Notes: a model not told the origin generated them from the sequence alone. A DNA stretch of 64,000 bases from an uncultured cyanobacterium (GCA_963765575.1 CAVXWZ010000011.1:480001-544000), one strand, 5' to 3'; positions 10,911 through 23,119 are shown, numbered from the stretch's first letter. A program made the numbers and translations.

Positions 10911-12188
10911 ATGCCGGCGCGCAGCGCCTACCTGCACCTTCCCTTCTGCCACCGCCGCTGCTTCTACTGCGATTTCCCGGTGGTGCCCCTGGGGGATCGG
11001 GCCGCCGGCGAGGCCGGGGCGCCGGGCTCCACCTCGATCGCCGCCTACCTGCAGCTGCTGCAGCGGGAGATCGCCGCCGCCCCCGCTGGCCCACCGCTGA
11101 GCACCGTGTATCTGGGTGGCGGCACCCCCTCGCTGCTCACTCCTGTCCAGGTGGAGGGGTTGCTGGCGGCACTGCAGCGGCGCTTCGGCCTGGCCCCCGG
11201 CGTTGAAATCAGCCTGGAGCTCGATCCGGCCAGCTTCGATCAGGCCCGCCTGAGGGGCTATGCGGCCGCCGGCGTCAACCGCGTCAGCCTTGGCGCCCAG
11301 AGCTTTGACGACAGCGTGCTGGCCGTGCTGGGGCGGCGCCACCGGGGGGAGCACGTGGGCCAGGCCGCCGCTTGGCTGGAGCAGGCCCGCCGCCGCGGCG
11401 CCCTGGCGAGCTGGAGCCTCGATCTGATCCAGGCGGCGCCGGGCCAGGACGGCGCCGCCTGGCGGCAGCAGCTGCGCCGGGCGGTCGCCAGCGGCGCCCC
11501 GCACCTGTCGGTCTACGACCTCACGATCGAGCCCGGCACCGTGTTCGCCCGGCGGCTGGAGCGGGGGCAGCTGGAGCTGCCCGATCACGACCGGGCCGCC
11601 GACCTGATGGAGATCACCTGGGCGGAGCTCAGCGCCGCGGGCTACGGCCACTACGAGATCTCCAACTACGCCCTGCCCGGCCATGCCTCGCGCCACAACC
11701 GCGTCTACTGGAGCGGCGCCGGCTGGTGGGGCTTCGGCATGGGTGCCACCGCCGCCCCCTGGGGGGAGCGCCAGGCCCGGCCGCGCACCCGGGCGGGCTA
11801 TGCCGCCTGGCTGGACCAGGGCCCGCTGGCGGGCGCCCCGCCTGGAGCTGGTGCCGGCATGCCGCTGGACGAGCGTCTGCTGGTGGGCCTGCGCCGCCGC
11901 GAGGGGGTGCGGCTGCCGGCGCTGCTGGCGGGCGCCGGCCTGTCGCCCAGCCAGAGCGAGCGGGCCCTGGTGGAGCTGCGCCGACGGCTGGCCCCCTGGC
12001 GGAGCGAGGGGCTGCTGCTGGAGGAGGGAGGGCGCTGGCGGCTGGCCGATCCGGCCGGCCTGGCCCTCAGCAATGGGGTGCTGCGGGAGCTGCTGAGCTG
12101 GTGGGAGGAACGGGGTGGCGCTGGGCCGCGATCCAGTGGCGCAGCGCCTCCACCGCCCGCAACCGCCCCGGCAGCAGCGGCGGGCTGA
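10911..12188 (+). CDS. hemW: Radical SAM heme chaperone HemW (HemN-like)
   Basis: [31 protein letters not shown] and HNRVYW. Confidence 0.9.
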   Translation: MPARSAYLHLPFCHRRCFYCDFPVVPLGDRAAGEAGAPGSTSIAAYLQLLQREIAAAPAGPPLSTVYLGGGTPSLLTPVQVEGLLAALQRRFGLAPGVEISLELDPASFDQARLRGYAAAGVNRVSLGAQSFDDSVLAVLGRRHRGEHVGQAAAWLEQARRRGALASWSLDLIQAAPGQDGAAWRQQLRRAVASGAPHLSVYDLTIEPGTVFARRLERGQLELPDHDRAADLMEITWAELSAAGYGHYEISNYALPGHASRHNRVYWSGAGWWGFGMGATAAPWGERQARPRTRAGYAAWLDQGPLAGAPPGAGAGMPLDERLLVGLRRREGVRLPALLAGAGLSPSQSERALVELRRRLAPWRSEGLLLEEGGRWRLADPAGLALSNGVLRELLSWWEERGGAGPRSSGAAPPPPATAPAAAAG

Positions 12189-12918
12189 AGGGCGGCTGAC
12201 TGGTCGTCAGGCCCAGCAGGTCGGCGGTGACCCGCACCTGGCCATCGCAGGCCTCGCCGGCGCCGATGCCGATCACGGGAATCTGCAGCTGCGCGCTCAG
12301 CTCGGCGCCCAGCTCGGCCGGCACGTGCTCCAGCACCAGGGCGAAGCAGCCCGCCGCCTCCAGGGCCTCGGCATCGTGGCTGAGGCGCCGCCGGCTGGCC
12401 GCGTCGTTGCCCTGGCGCCGGTAGCCGAGGCGATGGACCGACTGGGGCGTGAGGCCGATGTGGCCCATCACCGGAATGCCGCTGCGCACCATCCGGTCGA
12501 TCGCGGCCAGGGTTTCCGGCTCGGCGCCCTCCAGCTTCACCGCCGCCGCCGGCGTTTCCTTCAGCACCCTGCCGGCGGCGGCCACGGCGTCATCGGCAGC
12601 GCACTGATAGCTGAGGAAGGGCAGATCGCAGATCAGCAGCGGCTCCTGGCCTGAGACGCCGACGCTGGCCAGACCCCTGCTGGCGGCCCGGCAGTGATGC
12701 AGCATCTCGTCCAGCGTCACCGGCAGGGTGGTGGGGTGGCCAAGCACCACCATCGCCAGGGAGTCGCCCACCAGCACCGCGTCGGCGCCGGCTTCGGCGA
12801 CCAGGGCCGCCGAGAGGGCATCCCAGGCGGTGAGCACGGTGATCGGCAGGCCGGCCAGTTTGCGACGCACCAGATCCGCGGGGCGCTGGGGCACGGCGAG
12901 GGAAGGCGGAGATGGCAT
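12067..12918 (-). CDS. panB: 3-methyl-2-oxobutanoate hydroxymethyltransferase
   Basis: [27 protein letters not shown] and IGIGAG. Start is 12918 or 12894. Confidence 0.95.
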   Translation of the reverse strand: MPSPPSLAVPQRPADLVRRKLAGLPITVLTAWDALSAALVAEAGADAVLVGDSLAMVVLGHPTTLPVTLDEMLHHCRAASRGLASVGVSGQEPLLICDLPFLSYQCAADDAVAAAGRVLKETPAAAVKLEGAEPETLAAIDRMVRSGIPVMGHIGLTPQSVHRLGYRRQGNDAASRRRLSHDAEALEAAGCFALVLEHVPAELGAELSAQLQIPVIGIGAGEACDGQVRVTADLLGLTTSQPPFSPPLLPGRLRAVEALRHWIAAQRHPVPPTSSAAPAAPHC

Positions 12919-12921
12919 TGC

Positions 12922-12927
12922 TAGCAT
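12922..12927 (+). promoter_or_regulatory. Putative -10 element of ffs
   Basis: TAGCAT about 6 nt upstream of the SRP RNA 5' stem. Confidence 0.45.
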
Positions 12928-12931
12928 CATC

Positions 12932-13030
12932 GCGACTCGGACCCACGCGGCCCCGACGCCCAAACCTGGTCAGGACCGGAAGGGAGCAGCCACACGGGAT
13001 GCTTGGAGCAGGCGTGGATTCCGGGTCACC
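12932..13030 (+). ncRNA. ffs: Signal recognition particle RNA (4.5S)
   Basis: Domain IV core GGTCAGGACCGGAAGGGAGCAGCC; terminal helix GACTCGG/CCGGGTC and CCACGC/GCGTGG; about 97 nt. Confidence 0.92.
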
Positions 13031-13077
13031 CAATTCCTGCCAAGCCCGCCATGGGGGCGGACAAGCAAGGCTCGCCC

Positions 13078-13120
13078 GCGGCCCTAGGCGCTCGACCTGG
13101 CGGCCCTAAGCGCTCGACCT
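13078..13120. repeat. Tandem direct repeat with 22-bp period
   Basis: gcggccctaggcgctcgacct / gcggccctaagcgctcgacct, between ffs and the ftsZ stop. Confidence 0.85.
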
Positions 13121-13141
13121 TCGGCTCTCAGCTCTCACTCC

Positions 13142-14380
<1,239 letters not shown>

Positions 14381-14506
14381 GCTGTCGTGTGCCTGGAGGG
14401 CGGAATCGGTGAAGTTTCACACGATTACCGGGTTTCTGGGGGGCCTGCTGCTCGTCTGCGCACATTACAGGCCCTGATCGACCGCCTCCCCCCAAGCCTG
14501 ATCCGA

Positions 14507-15328
14507 TCAGGGCCGGGAGGGCGGGCTGGCCGGTTTGGGCGGTGCCACCAACGCCAGTTCGGGCTGTTCCGGTTCGGTCAGGTCGAGTGCCTGCAGCTTC
14601 TTGCCCTGCAGGTGGGGAGGCAGGGTTTCGATCAGGTGGTCGAGTACCTCAAGCCGGCGTGGCAGCCTGGCATCATCGGGCCCCAGGCGCACGCTGCCCA
14701 GGCGCTTGCTCTGCACCGTGAGGCTGCCGTCCGGCTCGAAACGGATCTGGGCCAGGTCGGCGCGCAGGCGTTTGCGCGTCTCCAGCATCAGGCTGAGGGC
14801 CGACCGGTGGCTCTCCTGCCAGCCCAGCACCCGCAGGCCCGCAGCCGCAGCGCCAGCCAGGGGCTTCCCCTGGCTGGCGCTCATCCAGTGGCCCTGGCGA
14901 TCCACGTAGCCCTCCTCCACCCCGCCTGGTCCGCGCCGCTGGGCCCGGGCCACCGGTTCCCGGTCCACCAGCTCCACCCGCAGCCGTGCCGGGGCCATCC
15001 AGCGGCTCACCCGCACCTGCTCCACCGGCAGGTCGGCCTGCAGCTCAGCCGCCAGGCGCCGCGGCTCCAGGCTGAGCAGGGGCTGGGGGAAGCTGATTCC
15101 GGCGGCGCTGATCACCTGCTCGCGGCTCACGTGGCTGCTGCCCTGCACCTCCACCTGCTCAGGGCTGCCGAGGGTCCAGCCATGGCGCAGCAGCAGGGTG
15201 CCGCTGCCGGCGCTCAGCCCCAGCAGTACAACCATCCTCCAGAGGTTGCGCAGCAGCTCATGGCGTCGCTGCAGGCGCAGTTCACGCCGCCGCTCGACAC
15301 CCGGCGGCAGGGGGCTGGCCCGGCTCAC
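14507..15328 (-). CDS. ftsQ: Cell division protein FtsQ/DivIB
   Basis: Single TM, POTRA-like region and VDRQG motif; upstream of ftsZ; GTGA coupling with the preceding gene. Confidence 0.85.
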   Translation of the reverse strand: MSRASPLPPGVERRRELRLQRRHELLRNLWRMVVLLGLSAGSGTLLLRHGWTLGSPEQVEVQGSSHVSREQVISAAGISFPQPLLSLEPRRLAAELQADLPVEQVRVSRWMAPARLRVELVDREPVARAQRRGPGGVEEGYVDRQGHWMSASQGKPLAGAAAAGLRVLGWQESHRSALSLMLETRKRLRADLAQIRFEPDGSLTVQSKRLGSVRLGPDDARLPRRLEVLDHLIETLPPHLQGKKLQALDLTEPEQPELALVAPPKPASPPSRP

Positions 15329-15735
15329 AGCTCGCAACGGGAGCGGGCCATCAGCTCATCCATCCAGCGCCGCGCCCGTTCGGCATCGGAGAAGGCCAGA
15401 TCCTTCTGGTCTCCGCCCCCCACCAGCCGCAGCCGGCAGGCACCTTGCGACTCCTCGGTGAGGGGGGCTTCGCCCGAGCTCAGGGCGAGCAGCTCCACCA
15501 GCTCGAGCTGTTTGATCACGAAACTGCCCTGCTGCTGCAGTTGGCCGGCCTCGAAGCGGCTCCAGCTCAGCACCCCATCCACCAGCCGGGCGGCGCCGCA
15601 GCCGTCCAGCTTCGCCAGCTCGGATCCCTGGGCCCAGTCCCGGAACAGTTGCTGCCGGCGGCGCTCCAGCCAGCCCAGGGCCGCCAGCAGCACGAACACC
15701 ACCAGCAGCGGTAGCCACAGCAGTCCGCGAATCAT
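15325..15735 (-). CDS. Hypothetical membrane-anchored protein
   Basis: ATGA overlap with the ddl stop; N-terminal [20 protein letters not shown]. Confidence 0.75.
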   Translation of the reverse strand: MIRGLLWLPLLVVFVLLAALGWLERRRQQLFRDWAQGSELAKLDGCGAARLVDGVLSWSRFEAGQLQQQGSFVIKQLELVELLALSSGEAPLTEESQGACRLRLVGGGDQKDLAFSDAERARRWMDELMARSRCEL

Positions 15736-16889
15736 CGCCCCAGGCCTCCGGCAAGACGGGTGTGGCCGCATTCTCCCGCCGTCTGCAGCAGTTCGTGCAC
15801 CAGGGCGTCGAGTGCAACACCACTGGCCTGCCACAGCATGGGGTACATGCTCTGGCTGGTGAAACCCGGCAGGGTGTTGATCTCGTTCAGCCAGAGCTGG
15901 CCACTGGCCTCCGCGTAGAAGAAGTCCACCCGGGCCAGGCCGCTGGCGCCCACCGCCTCGCAGGCCTGGATGGCCATCGTTCGGGCCCTGGCGGCGATCG
16001 CCTCGGGCACCGCTGCCGGGATCACGGTGTGACTGAGGCCGTCGCTGTACTTGGTTTCATAGTCGTACCAATCGGCGTCAAAGCGGATCTCGCCCAGCAC
16101 CGAGGCCTCGAGCGCCCGCCCGCCACCGCCCTTCACGGCGCATTCCAGTTCCCGCGCGGCAACCCCCTGCTCCACCACGATGCGGGGATCGAGGGCCGCC
16201 GCCGCCGCCAGTCCCTGCTGCAGCTGGCTGCGGCCTGTGGCCTTGCTGATGCCCACCGAGGAGCCGAGGTTGGCGGGCTTGACGAAGCAGGGATAGCCCA
16301 ACTGCCGCTCCAGACGGTCCAGCAGTCCTTCAGGGTCGCGCTGCAGGTCGGCGGCGGCCACGCAGGCATAGGGCACCTGGGGCAGGCCGGCGGCGGCGAA
16401 GGCGGCCTTCATGGCCTGCTTGTCCATGCCCACGGCGGAGCCCAGAACACCTGAACCCACAAACGGCTTGCCCATCAGCGTGAACAACCCCTGGATGGTG
16501 CCGTCTTCGCCGTTGGGGCCGTGGAGGACGGGCACCCACAGCTCGATCTCCAGGGCGCCGGGGGGGAAGCCCCGGAAGCCCGGCTGCGGCGGCGGTGCAC
16601 CGGCGGCGGCCAGGGCGGCCCGCAGCTGCTCGCTGCTGGCTGGAGTTCCCTGGGCCAGCACCGCGTCGGCCAGCTCGGGCCCCCACCAGCGGCCCAGCGG
16701 ATCGATGTAAAAGCAGCGCAGGGCATAGCGGCCGCCGTTGGCCCCCTGGCGCAGGCCCCGCGCCACCGTGGCCGCCGAGCGGATCGACACGGCGTGCTCC
16801 CCGGAGGCCCCCCCGAAGATCAGGCCGACGGGGATCGGGGCGGGTTCGGGCGCTGGATCGGGGGCGGTGGCGTGGACGGCAGCGGGCAT
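15732..16889 (-). CDS. ddl: D-alanine--D-alanine ligase
   Basis: [36 protein letters not shown] and [10 protein letters not shown]. Confidence 0.97.
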   Translation of the reverse strand: MPAAVHATAPDPAPEPAPIPVGLIFGGASGEHAVSIRSAATVARGLRQGANGGRYALRCFYIDPLGRWWGPELADAVLAQGTPASSEQLRAALAAAGAPPPQPGFRGFPPGALEIELWVPVLHGPNGEDGTIQGLFTLMGKPFVGSGVLGSAVGMDKQAMKAAFAAAGLPQVPYACVAAADLQRDPEGLLDRLERQLGYPCFVKPANLGSSVGISKATGRSQLQQGLAAAAALDPRIVVEQGVAARELECAVKGGGGRALEASVLGEIRFDADWYDYETKYSDGLSHTVIPAAVPEAIAARARTMAIQACEAVGASGLARVDFFYAEASGQLWLNEINTLPGFTSQSMYPMLWQASGVALDALVHELLQTAGECGHTRLAGGLGR

Positions 16890-16957
16890 CGGCAGGCGCA
16901 GGAACCCAGCCCGTGGCGCGGCGGACGGTTGCCGTCACCGCCACGCTGGGCTGAAAC

Positions 16958-18345
16958 TCAGGCCAGTGTGCCGCTCAGGGAGAAGGCGCGCACCTCCTGG
17001 ATCAGTACATCCACCAGTTCGCCCGGCCTGATCTCGGTGCCATCGCGCCGCTTGGCGGGGAAGAAGGTGAGCCGGTTGGTGCGGGTGCGGCCCATCACCT
17101 GGGCTGGATCCTTGGGATTGGTGCCCTCCACCAGGATCTGCTCCCGGCGGCCGGCGTAGCGGCCGCTGCGCGCTCTGGCCTTGGCCTCCACCAGGGCATT
17201 GAGCTCCCGCAGCCGCTCCACCTTCACCGCCTCGCTGAGCTGATCGGGCCAGTCGGCAGCGGGGGTGTTGGGCCGCGGCGAGTAGGCGGCGGTGTTCACC
17301 TGGTCGAAGCCGATCTCCTCCACCAGATCGAGGGTGCGGCGGTACTGGGCGTCGGTTTCGCCGGGGAAGGCCACGATCACATCGGCGCTGATGGCGGCAT
17401 CGGGCAGGCGCTGGCGGATGCGCTCGATGATGCGGCGGTAGCGATCCACCGTGTAACCGCGGGCCATCGCCTTGAGCACGGCGTCATCGCCGCTCTGGAA
17501 GGGGATGTGGAAGTGCTCGCACACCTTGGGCAAGCGCAGCGCAGGCCTCGATCAGCCGCTCGGTGAAGTAACGGGGGTGGCTGGTGGCGAAACGGATCCG
17601 CTCGATGCCCCGCCACGTCGTGCACCTGATGCAGCAGGTCGGTGAGGGTGTGCTGGCGGCGGCCCTCGGGGGTGATGCCGGGCAGGTCGCGGCCGTAGGC
17701 GTCGATGTTCTGGCCCAGCAGGGTGATCTCGCGGTATCCCCTGGCCGCCAGTCCCTCCATCTCCAGGCGGATGGCCTCAGGCAGGCGGCTCTGCTCCTGG
17801 CCGCGCACCGTGGGCACCACGCAGTAGGTGCAGCGCTCGTTGCAGCCGTAGATCACGTTGACCCAGGCGCACACGGCGCTGTCGCGGCGGGCGGTGGTGA
17901 TGTCTTCGAGGATGTGGTGCTCGCCGGTGGCCACCACCTGCTGCCCCTGCTCCACCTGGCCCAGCAGGGTGCCCAGCCGGTTGGCGTGCTGGGGACCCAT
18001 CACCAGATCCAGCTCCGGCACGCGCCGCAGCAGGGCTTCCCCCTCCTGCTGGGCCACGCAGCCGGCCACCACCAGGGTGAGGTTGGGGTTGGTGCGCTTG
18101 CGCTGGGCCTGCCGACCCAGGTAGCTGTACACCTTCTGTTCGGCGTTGTCGCGAATGGTGCAGGTGTTGTAGAGCACCAGATCCGCCTCCAGCTCGGCCT
18201 GGGCCGCGCGGTAGCCCATCGTTTCAAGGATTCCGGCCATGCGCTCGGAATCCGCCTTGTTCATCTGGCAGCCGAAGGTGGTGATCCAGTAGCTGCCCCG
18301 TCCGCCGACCTGCGGGCGGGTGGTGGTGGAGAGCGTTGCCGTCAT
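16958..18345 (-). CDS. miaB: tRNA methylthiotransferase MiaB, with two +1 frameshifts near 17608 and 17533 (probable sequence errors)
   Basis: [22 protein letters not shown] and a TRAM C-terminus. The linking segment [14 protein letters not shown] lies in a third frame. Confidence 0.92.
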
Positions 18346-18386
18346 GGCATCCAGTGTGCTGGACGGCGCCACCGGCCGGGCCGGGC

Positions 18387-20276
18387 TCAGCCCTGCTCCA
18401 GCAGCAGCAGCTGCTGGTTGGTGCGGCCCAGCTTGCGGGCCAGATCCTGGTGCAGGGCCTGCAGCAGGTCGATCACCACCTGGGGCTGTTCCTGCTCCAG
18501 CAGGGCGTAGACCTCCCTGGTGAGCACGTAACAGGTGCCCGCCTGCTCGGCCACCACATCGGCCGTGCGGGGCGAGTGGCTGAGGAAGGCGATCTCCCCG
18601 AAGCACACGCTGGGGCTGAAGGTGGCGAAGCGCACTGGCTGCTCCACCGCCGGGGGGCGGAGCACGACGCTGAACAGCCCCGATTCGATCAGATACACCT
18701 CATCGCCGGCCTCCCCCTGGCGGCACACCAGATCCCCCTCGTTGTAGGAGCGGCGCTCCAGCAGCGGTTCCAGCAACGTGCGGGTGGAAGGAGGCAGATA
18801 CTCCAGCAGTCCCAGGGAGCAGTTGCCGGCCAGGGGCTCTCCCCTCGTCAGCAGCAGATCCTCGAGCAGCAGGTCTTCGGCCACTTCCAGGGCCCGGTCC
18901 AGGTTGGAGAAATAGCGGTTCTGAGGCGGGGCACCGCCGGCGTCGTGCTGCGGCCAGAACTCCGTGAGGTGCTCACCGCGACAGAGCAGGCAGCGCACGC
19001 CGCGCTGGCTGAGGTCGTCGATCTGCTCCTGCAGCAGAGCGGCGTCCACCCGGGGCATGGCCAGCACCTGGCCCAGATCGACCACCAGGATCGCCCCGGC
19101 CGCGGCCCGGCTCTGCATCTCCGCCAGCAGCTCCTCCACCGCGGCGAAATCCAGCACCCCCTGGGCCTGCAGGATGTGGATGTGGTCGCCTTCGCGGTCC
19201 AGCAAGTCACTTTCGCCCTCGCTGCGCCAACGCCGCGAGCGGCGCTTGAGGGCCGTGGTGGCTGAGCGGATTGTGTTGCCGGCCCTCGATGGCTGGTTGA
19301 ACAGATGCAATTGCAGCCGCTTGGAGATTTCCTCGCAGACGGCGATGCCGCGGCTGGAGTTGCCGTAGCTGTCGAGGGGTGGGGAGTAAACGGCGATGCC
19401 AAGGCGGCCCGGCACCACTGCCATGACGCCGCCACCCACGCCGCTCTTGGCGGGCATGCCCACGTTGTAGAGCCACTGGCCGGTGTAGTCGTACATGCCA
19501 CAGCTGCCCATCACGGCCAGCACATTGGTGGTGATCTCGGGATCGATCACCACCGTGCTGGTCACGGGATTGCGTCCCTGGCAGGCCAGGGTGGCGGCCA
19601 TCACCGCCAGATCCCTGCAGTTCACCGACACGGCGCACTGGCGGAAATAGAGCTGAAGACCCGGCTCCGGATTGGTGCCGATGATGTCGAAATTGCGTAA
19701 CAGATGGCCGATGGCCCTGTTGCGGTGCCCCGTATCGCGCTCGGAGCGGAACACCGATTCATCCACCCCCAGCCGCCGGCCTGCCATGTCCGAGTAGAAG
19801 TCCATCAGCAGGGTTTCGGCCCGTTCCGGGTCGTGGGCCATGACCTGGGCCGTGGTGGCGATCGCGCCGGCGTTGATCATCGGGTTGCGGGGGATTCCCG
19901 ACACCGGATGGAGGCTGATGGCGTTGAAGGCATCGCCGGAAGGCTCGACCCCAACTTTTGAGGTCATGTAGTCTTCTGTGTGGAGTTTGAGGGCTAGCGC
20001 ATAGGTGAATGGCTTGGAGATTGATTGGATTGTGAATTCTTTTCTTGTCTTTCCGATTTCGTAAATTCGCCCATCGGTGGTGGCGATCACGATGCCGAAA
20101 TCCTTGGGGTCGGCCTTGCCGAGCTCGGGGATGTAATCCGCTGGTTTGCCGTCGTCCAGGTCCTGGAAGCGGGCATGGAGATCCTCCAGAATCCGCTGGA
20201 TGGCGTCGGCATTTTGAGCCTGCAGACCCTCCAGAACCCGCTGAATGGCATCGGGGGTTCTGTCTGCTGTTGGCAT
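18387..20276 (-). CDS. glsA: Glutaminase A fused to STAS and cyclic-nucleotide-binding domains
   Basis: Glutaminase motifs [26 protein letters not shown] and [13 protein letters not shown]-like [10 protein letters not shown]...VVDLGQV; c[17 protein letters not shown]...FGEIAF...RTADV. Confidence 0.92.
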   Translation of the reverse strand: MPTADRTPDAIQRVLEGLQAQNADAIQRILEDLHARFQDLDDGKPADYIPELGKADPKDFGIVIATTDGRIYEIGKTRKEFTIQSISKPFTYALALKLHTEDYMTSKVGVEPSGDAFNAISLHPVSGIPRNPMINAGAIATTAQVMAHDPERAETLLMDFYSDMAGRRLGVDESVFRSERDTGHRNRAIGHLLRNFDIIGTNPEPGLQLYFRQCAVSVNCRDLAVMAATLACQGRNPVTSTVVIDPEITTNVLAVMGSCGMYDYTGQWLYNVGMPAKSGVGGGVMAVVPGRLGIAVYSPPLDSYGNSSRGIAVCEEISKRLQLHLFNQPSRAGNTIRSATTALKRRSRRWRSEGESDLLDREGDHIHILQAQGVLDFAAVEELLAEMQSRAAAGAILVVDLGQVLAMPRVDAALLQEQIDDLSQRGVRCLLCRGEHLTEFWPQHDAGGAPPQNRYFSNLDRALEVAEDLLLEDLLLTRGEPLAGNCSLGLLEYLPPSTRTLLEPLLERRSYNEGDLVCRQGEAGDEVYLIESGLFSVVLRPPAVEQPVRFATFSPSVCFGEIAFLSHSPRTADVVAEQAGTCYVLTREVYALLEQEQPQVVIDLLQALHQDLARKLGRTNQQLLLLEQG

Positions 20277-20398
20277 TGCGGCGCGCTCAAACCGGCAGGA
20301 TCACAAGCCCTGGTGTCTACGGATTTCTGTGCCCACTGCTACCGCGCACAATTTTGGTGCGCTGGACTGTGCGAACTTGAGCCCATTCGCCGCCGCTG

Positions 20399-21526
20399 AT
20401 GTACTGCCGTCTGCGCCGTTTCCGGCTCACCAAGGCCGTGCCACTGGCGATCAGCCGGGGCACCACCGCTGCGGTGGAGCATCTGCTGGTGGAGATCAGC
20501 CACGCCGGCATCACCGGTCATGGGGAGGCGGGTGGTCTGGATACCGGCCACCGCCATTACGAGACCGCCGCGATCGCCCAGGAGCTGGAGGAGCTGGCGC
20601 CCCGGCTGGAGGGTCTGGCGCCCGAGCCCCTGCAGGCCCTGGAGCCCCTGCTGGCGACGTTGTCACCCCCCGCCCGCTGCGGTGTGGATCTGGCCCTGCA
20701 CGACTGGTGGGGCAAGCGGCTGGGGCAGCCCCTGCACCGGCTCTGGAATCTGGACCCGGCGGCCGGCGTCGCCACCAGCGTCACCCTGGGCCTGGCGGCA
20801 CCGGCGGCGGTGCTGGAGCGGCTCGAGCGCTGGTGGGCCCAACTGCCAGCCACCCGCATCAAGCTCAAGCTGGGCAGTTCTGACGGCACCGATCACGACC
20901 GCCGGCTGCTGGCTGTGGTGGCCGCGGCGATCGAGCGGCGGCGCCAAAGCTGCGGCGGGCCCTGTGAGCTCCAGGTGGACGCCAACGGCGGCTGGGATCT
21001 GGATGCCGCACGCACCATGCTCGAGCCGCTGCTGCGGGCCGGGGTGGTGCTGCTGGAGCAGCCCCTGGCGCCGCTGCTCGATCCCGAGCGCGATGCGGCC
21101 GGCTTCGCTGCCCTCGGGCCCGACTGCCCCATGCCCCTGGTGGCCGATGAGAGCTGCTGGGATCTGCGCGACCTGCTGCGCCTGGCCCCCCATGTGCAGG
21201 GCATCAACATCAAGTTGCTCAAGAGCGGCGGTCTCACCGAGGCGCTGCTGATGGCCCGCGTGGCCCGGGGCCTGGGGCTGGGGGTGATGCTGGGGTGCTA
21301 CTCCGACGGTGGCTTGCTCAATGGCGCCGCCGCCCAGCTGCTGCCCCTGGTGCGCTGGCCCGATCTCGACAGCCACCTCAACCTGGTCGACGATCCCTTC
21401 ACCGGGCTCGCCCTCAGCGGCGACAGGCTCGTGCCCCCCAGCGCCGCGGGCCTGGGCATTGCCCTGCGGCAGGACCGGGGGTTGGTCGCCGGCGCAGCAG
21501 GGGCTGGTCAGGGGGGGCCGTGCTGA
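20399..21526 (+). CDS. Dipeptide (L-Ala-D/L-Glu) epimerase family, enolase superfamily
   Basis: KLKLG, VDANGG, EQP, ADES, NIKLLKSGG and DLDS. Confidence 0.88.
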   Translation: MYCRLRRFRLTKAVPLAISRGTTAAVEHLLVEISHAGITGHGEAGGLDTGHRHYETAAIAQELEELAPRLEGLAPEPLQALEPLLATLSPPARCGVDLALHDWWGKRLGQPLHRLWNLDPAAGVATSVTLGLAAPAAVLERLERWWAQLPATRIKLKLGSSDGTDHDRRLLAVVAAAIERRRQSCGGPCELQVDANGGWDLDAARTMLEPLLRAGVVLLEQPLAPLLDPERDAAGFAALGPDCPMPLVADESCWDLRDLLRLAPHVQGINIKLLKSGGLTEALLMARVARGLGLGVMLGCYSDGGLLNGAAAQLLPLVRWPDLDSHLNLVDDPFTGLALSGDRLVPPSAAGLGIALRQDRGLVAGAAGAGQGGPC

Positions 21527-22572
21527 AGCCCGACCAGCGGCTGGTGCTTTTGCTGCACGGCGGCCTGGCTGATCTCAGCGGTAAGACCGGGCTGGCCCTG
21601 CTGCGCTACCGCCACGGACCGATCGTGGCGGTGGTGGATCCGGCCCATGCCGGTCAGCCGCTGGTGGAGGTCACGGGCATCGAGCGACCGGTGCCGGTGG
21701 TGGCGTCCCTGGCCGCAGCGCTGCCCTTCGATCCGGAGGTGGCGGTGGTGGGTCTGGCCCCTTCGGGCGGGCAGCTGGCGGCGGCGGTGCGGGCCGACCT
21801 GGCTGCTGCCCTGCGGGCGGGGCTGAGCGTGGCCTCTGGGCTGCACAGCCGCATCGGCGACGATCCCCAGCTGGCACCGCTGCGGCGCGATCCCGCCTGG
21901 ATCTGGGATCTGCGCTGCGAACCGCCCGCCCTGGCCGTGGCCAGCGGCCGGGCGGCGGCCCTGGCCTGCCGGCGGTTGCTGGCGGTGGGCAGCGACATGG
22001 CCGTGGGCAAGATGAGCGCCTGCCTGGAGCTGGAGGCGGCGGCCCGGCGCCAAGGGCTGCCGGCCCGCTTCGTGGGCACCGGCCAGGCCGGCATCCTGAT
22101 CAGCGGTGCCGGCGTGGCCCTCGATGCGGTGCGGGTCGACTACGCCGCCGGTGCGGTGGAGGCGGCGGTGCTGGAGGCCGGCGCCGCCCTGGGGTCCGAC
22201 GGCCTGCTGCTGGTGGAGGGCCAGGGCTCGCTGGCCCATCCCGGCTCCAGCGCCACCCTGCCGCTGCTGCGCGGCAGCCAGCCCACCGCATTGCTGCTGG
22301 TGCATCGGGCCGGCCAGCGCCACCTCAAGGGGTTGCCTGAGGTGCCGATCCCACCGCTCAACGACCTGATCGCAGCGGTGGAGGCCCTGGCTGCCCTGGG
22401 CCGGGCCGATGGACGACGTCCGCGGGTGCGGGCCGTGGCCCTGAACACGGCCCTGCTCGATGCCGCCAGTGCCGCCGCCCACCTGGCCGACACCGCCGAT
22501 CGCACCGGACTGCCCTGTGGGGATCCGGTGCGCCAGGGCGGCGCGGGTCTGCTGGAGGCTGTGCTGGCCTGA
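21520..22572 (+). CDS. DUF1611 family protein
   Basis: GKTGLALLRY, GSDMAVGKM, GTGQAGILI and VEGQGSLAHP; overlaps the epimerase stop. Confidence 0.88.
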   Translation: MLKPDQRLVLLLHGGLADLSGKTGLALLRYRHGPIVAVVDPAHAGQPLVEVTGIERPVPVVASLAAALPFDPEVAVVGLAPSGGQLAAAVRADLAAALRAGLSVASGLHSRIGDDPQLAPLRRDPAWIWDLRCEPPALAVASGRAAALACRRLLAVGSDMAVGKMSACLELEAAARRQGLPARFVGTGQAGILISGAGVALDAVRVDYAAGAVEAAVLEAGAALGSDGLLLVEGQGSLAHPGSSATLPLLRGSQPTALLLVHRAGQRHLKGLPEVPIPPLNDLIAAVEALAALGRADGRRPRVRAVALNTALLDAASAAAHLADTADRTGLPCGDPVRQGGAGLLEAVLA

Positions 22573-22590
22573 GCAACGGCCAGAAAAAGG

Positions 22591-22663
22591 GGCGAGCGAG
22601 GGGATTCGAACCCCCGAATAGCGGCGCCACAAGCCGCTGCCTTAACCACTTGGCGACGCCCGC
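22591..22663 (-). tRNA. tRNA-His(GTG)
   Basis: Reverse complement GCGGGCGTCGCCAAGTGGTTAAGGCAGCGGCTTGTGGCGCCGCT...GGTTCGAATCC. Confidence 0.97.
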
Positions 22664-22708
22664 CGTGGTGGGTGCCAATGTACCAATGCGTCCGGCTGCT
22701 GATCGCGC

Positions 22709-23119
22709 TTGCCCTCCGCGCCCCGAGGTTCCTGGCTTGGTGCTCTCCTGCTGACGGCTGGAGCCGCGGCCGGGCTGGCGATCAGCAACCCGGCACCGCC
22801 GGCGTTCGAGCGCTTCGCGGCGGCCCACCTGGTGCAGGAGATCGAGCGCCAGGTGTGTGCTGGCGATGTGCTGCCGCCCCTGGTGCGTTTGGCGCTGCCC
22901 AACTGCTCCGAGCTGGTGCAGGACCAGAACGAGGCCATCGGTGCCCTCGTGAGCAGCCAGACCCGGCGCTGGAACCTGGGCCTGCTGAGCATCTACCGCA
23001 GCGATGTGGGCGGCCAGGAGGTGCTGCTCTGGCAGGTGCCCCAGTTCCGGGCCACCGTCGTGGGGGTGGCGGGCCAGTTTCTGGTGCTGCAGGCCAGCAT
23101 CGACGACGTGCAGCCATGA
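22709..23119 (+). CDS. DUF4359-like protein
   Basis: N-terminal TM followed by SNP...F..FA, two Cys, and TRRWNLGLLSIY...VGVAGQF. Start uncertain. Confidence 0.65.
   Translation: MPSAPRGSWLGALLLTAGAAAGLAISNPAPPAFERFAAAHLVQEIERQVCAGDVLPPLVRLALPNCSELVQDQNEAIGALVSSQTRRWNLGLLSIYRSDVGGQEVLLWQVPQFRATVVGVAGQFLVLQASIDDVQP

Noticed and set aside
20277..20398. Glutamine riboswitch or NtcA promoter upstream of glsA
   Set aside because: No glnA/downstream-peptide RNA motif was recognised. There is only an imperfect GTA-N8-CAC without a properly spaced -10, and a short GCGCAC/GTGCGC palindrome.
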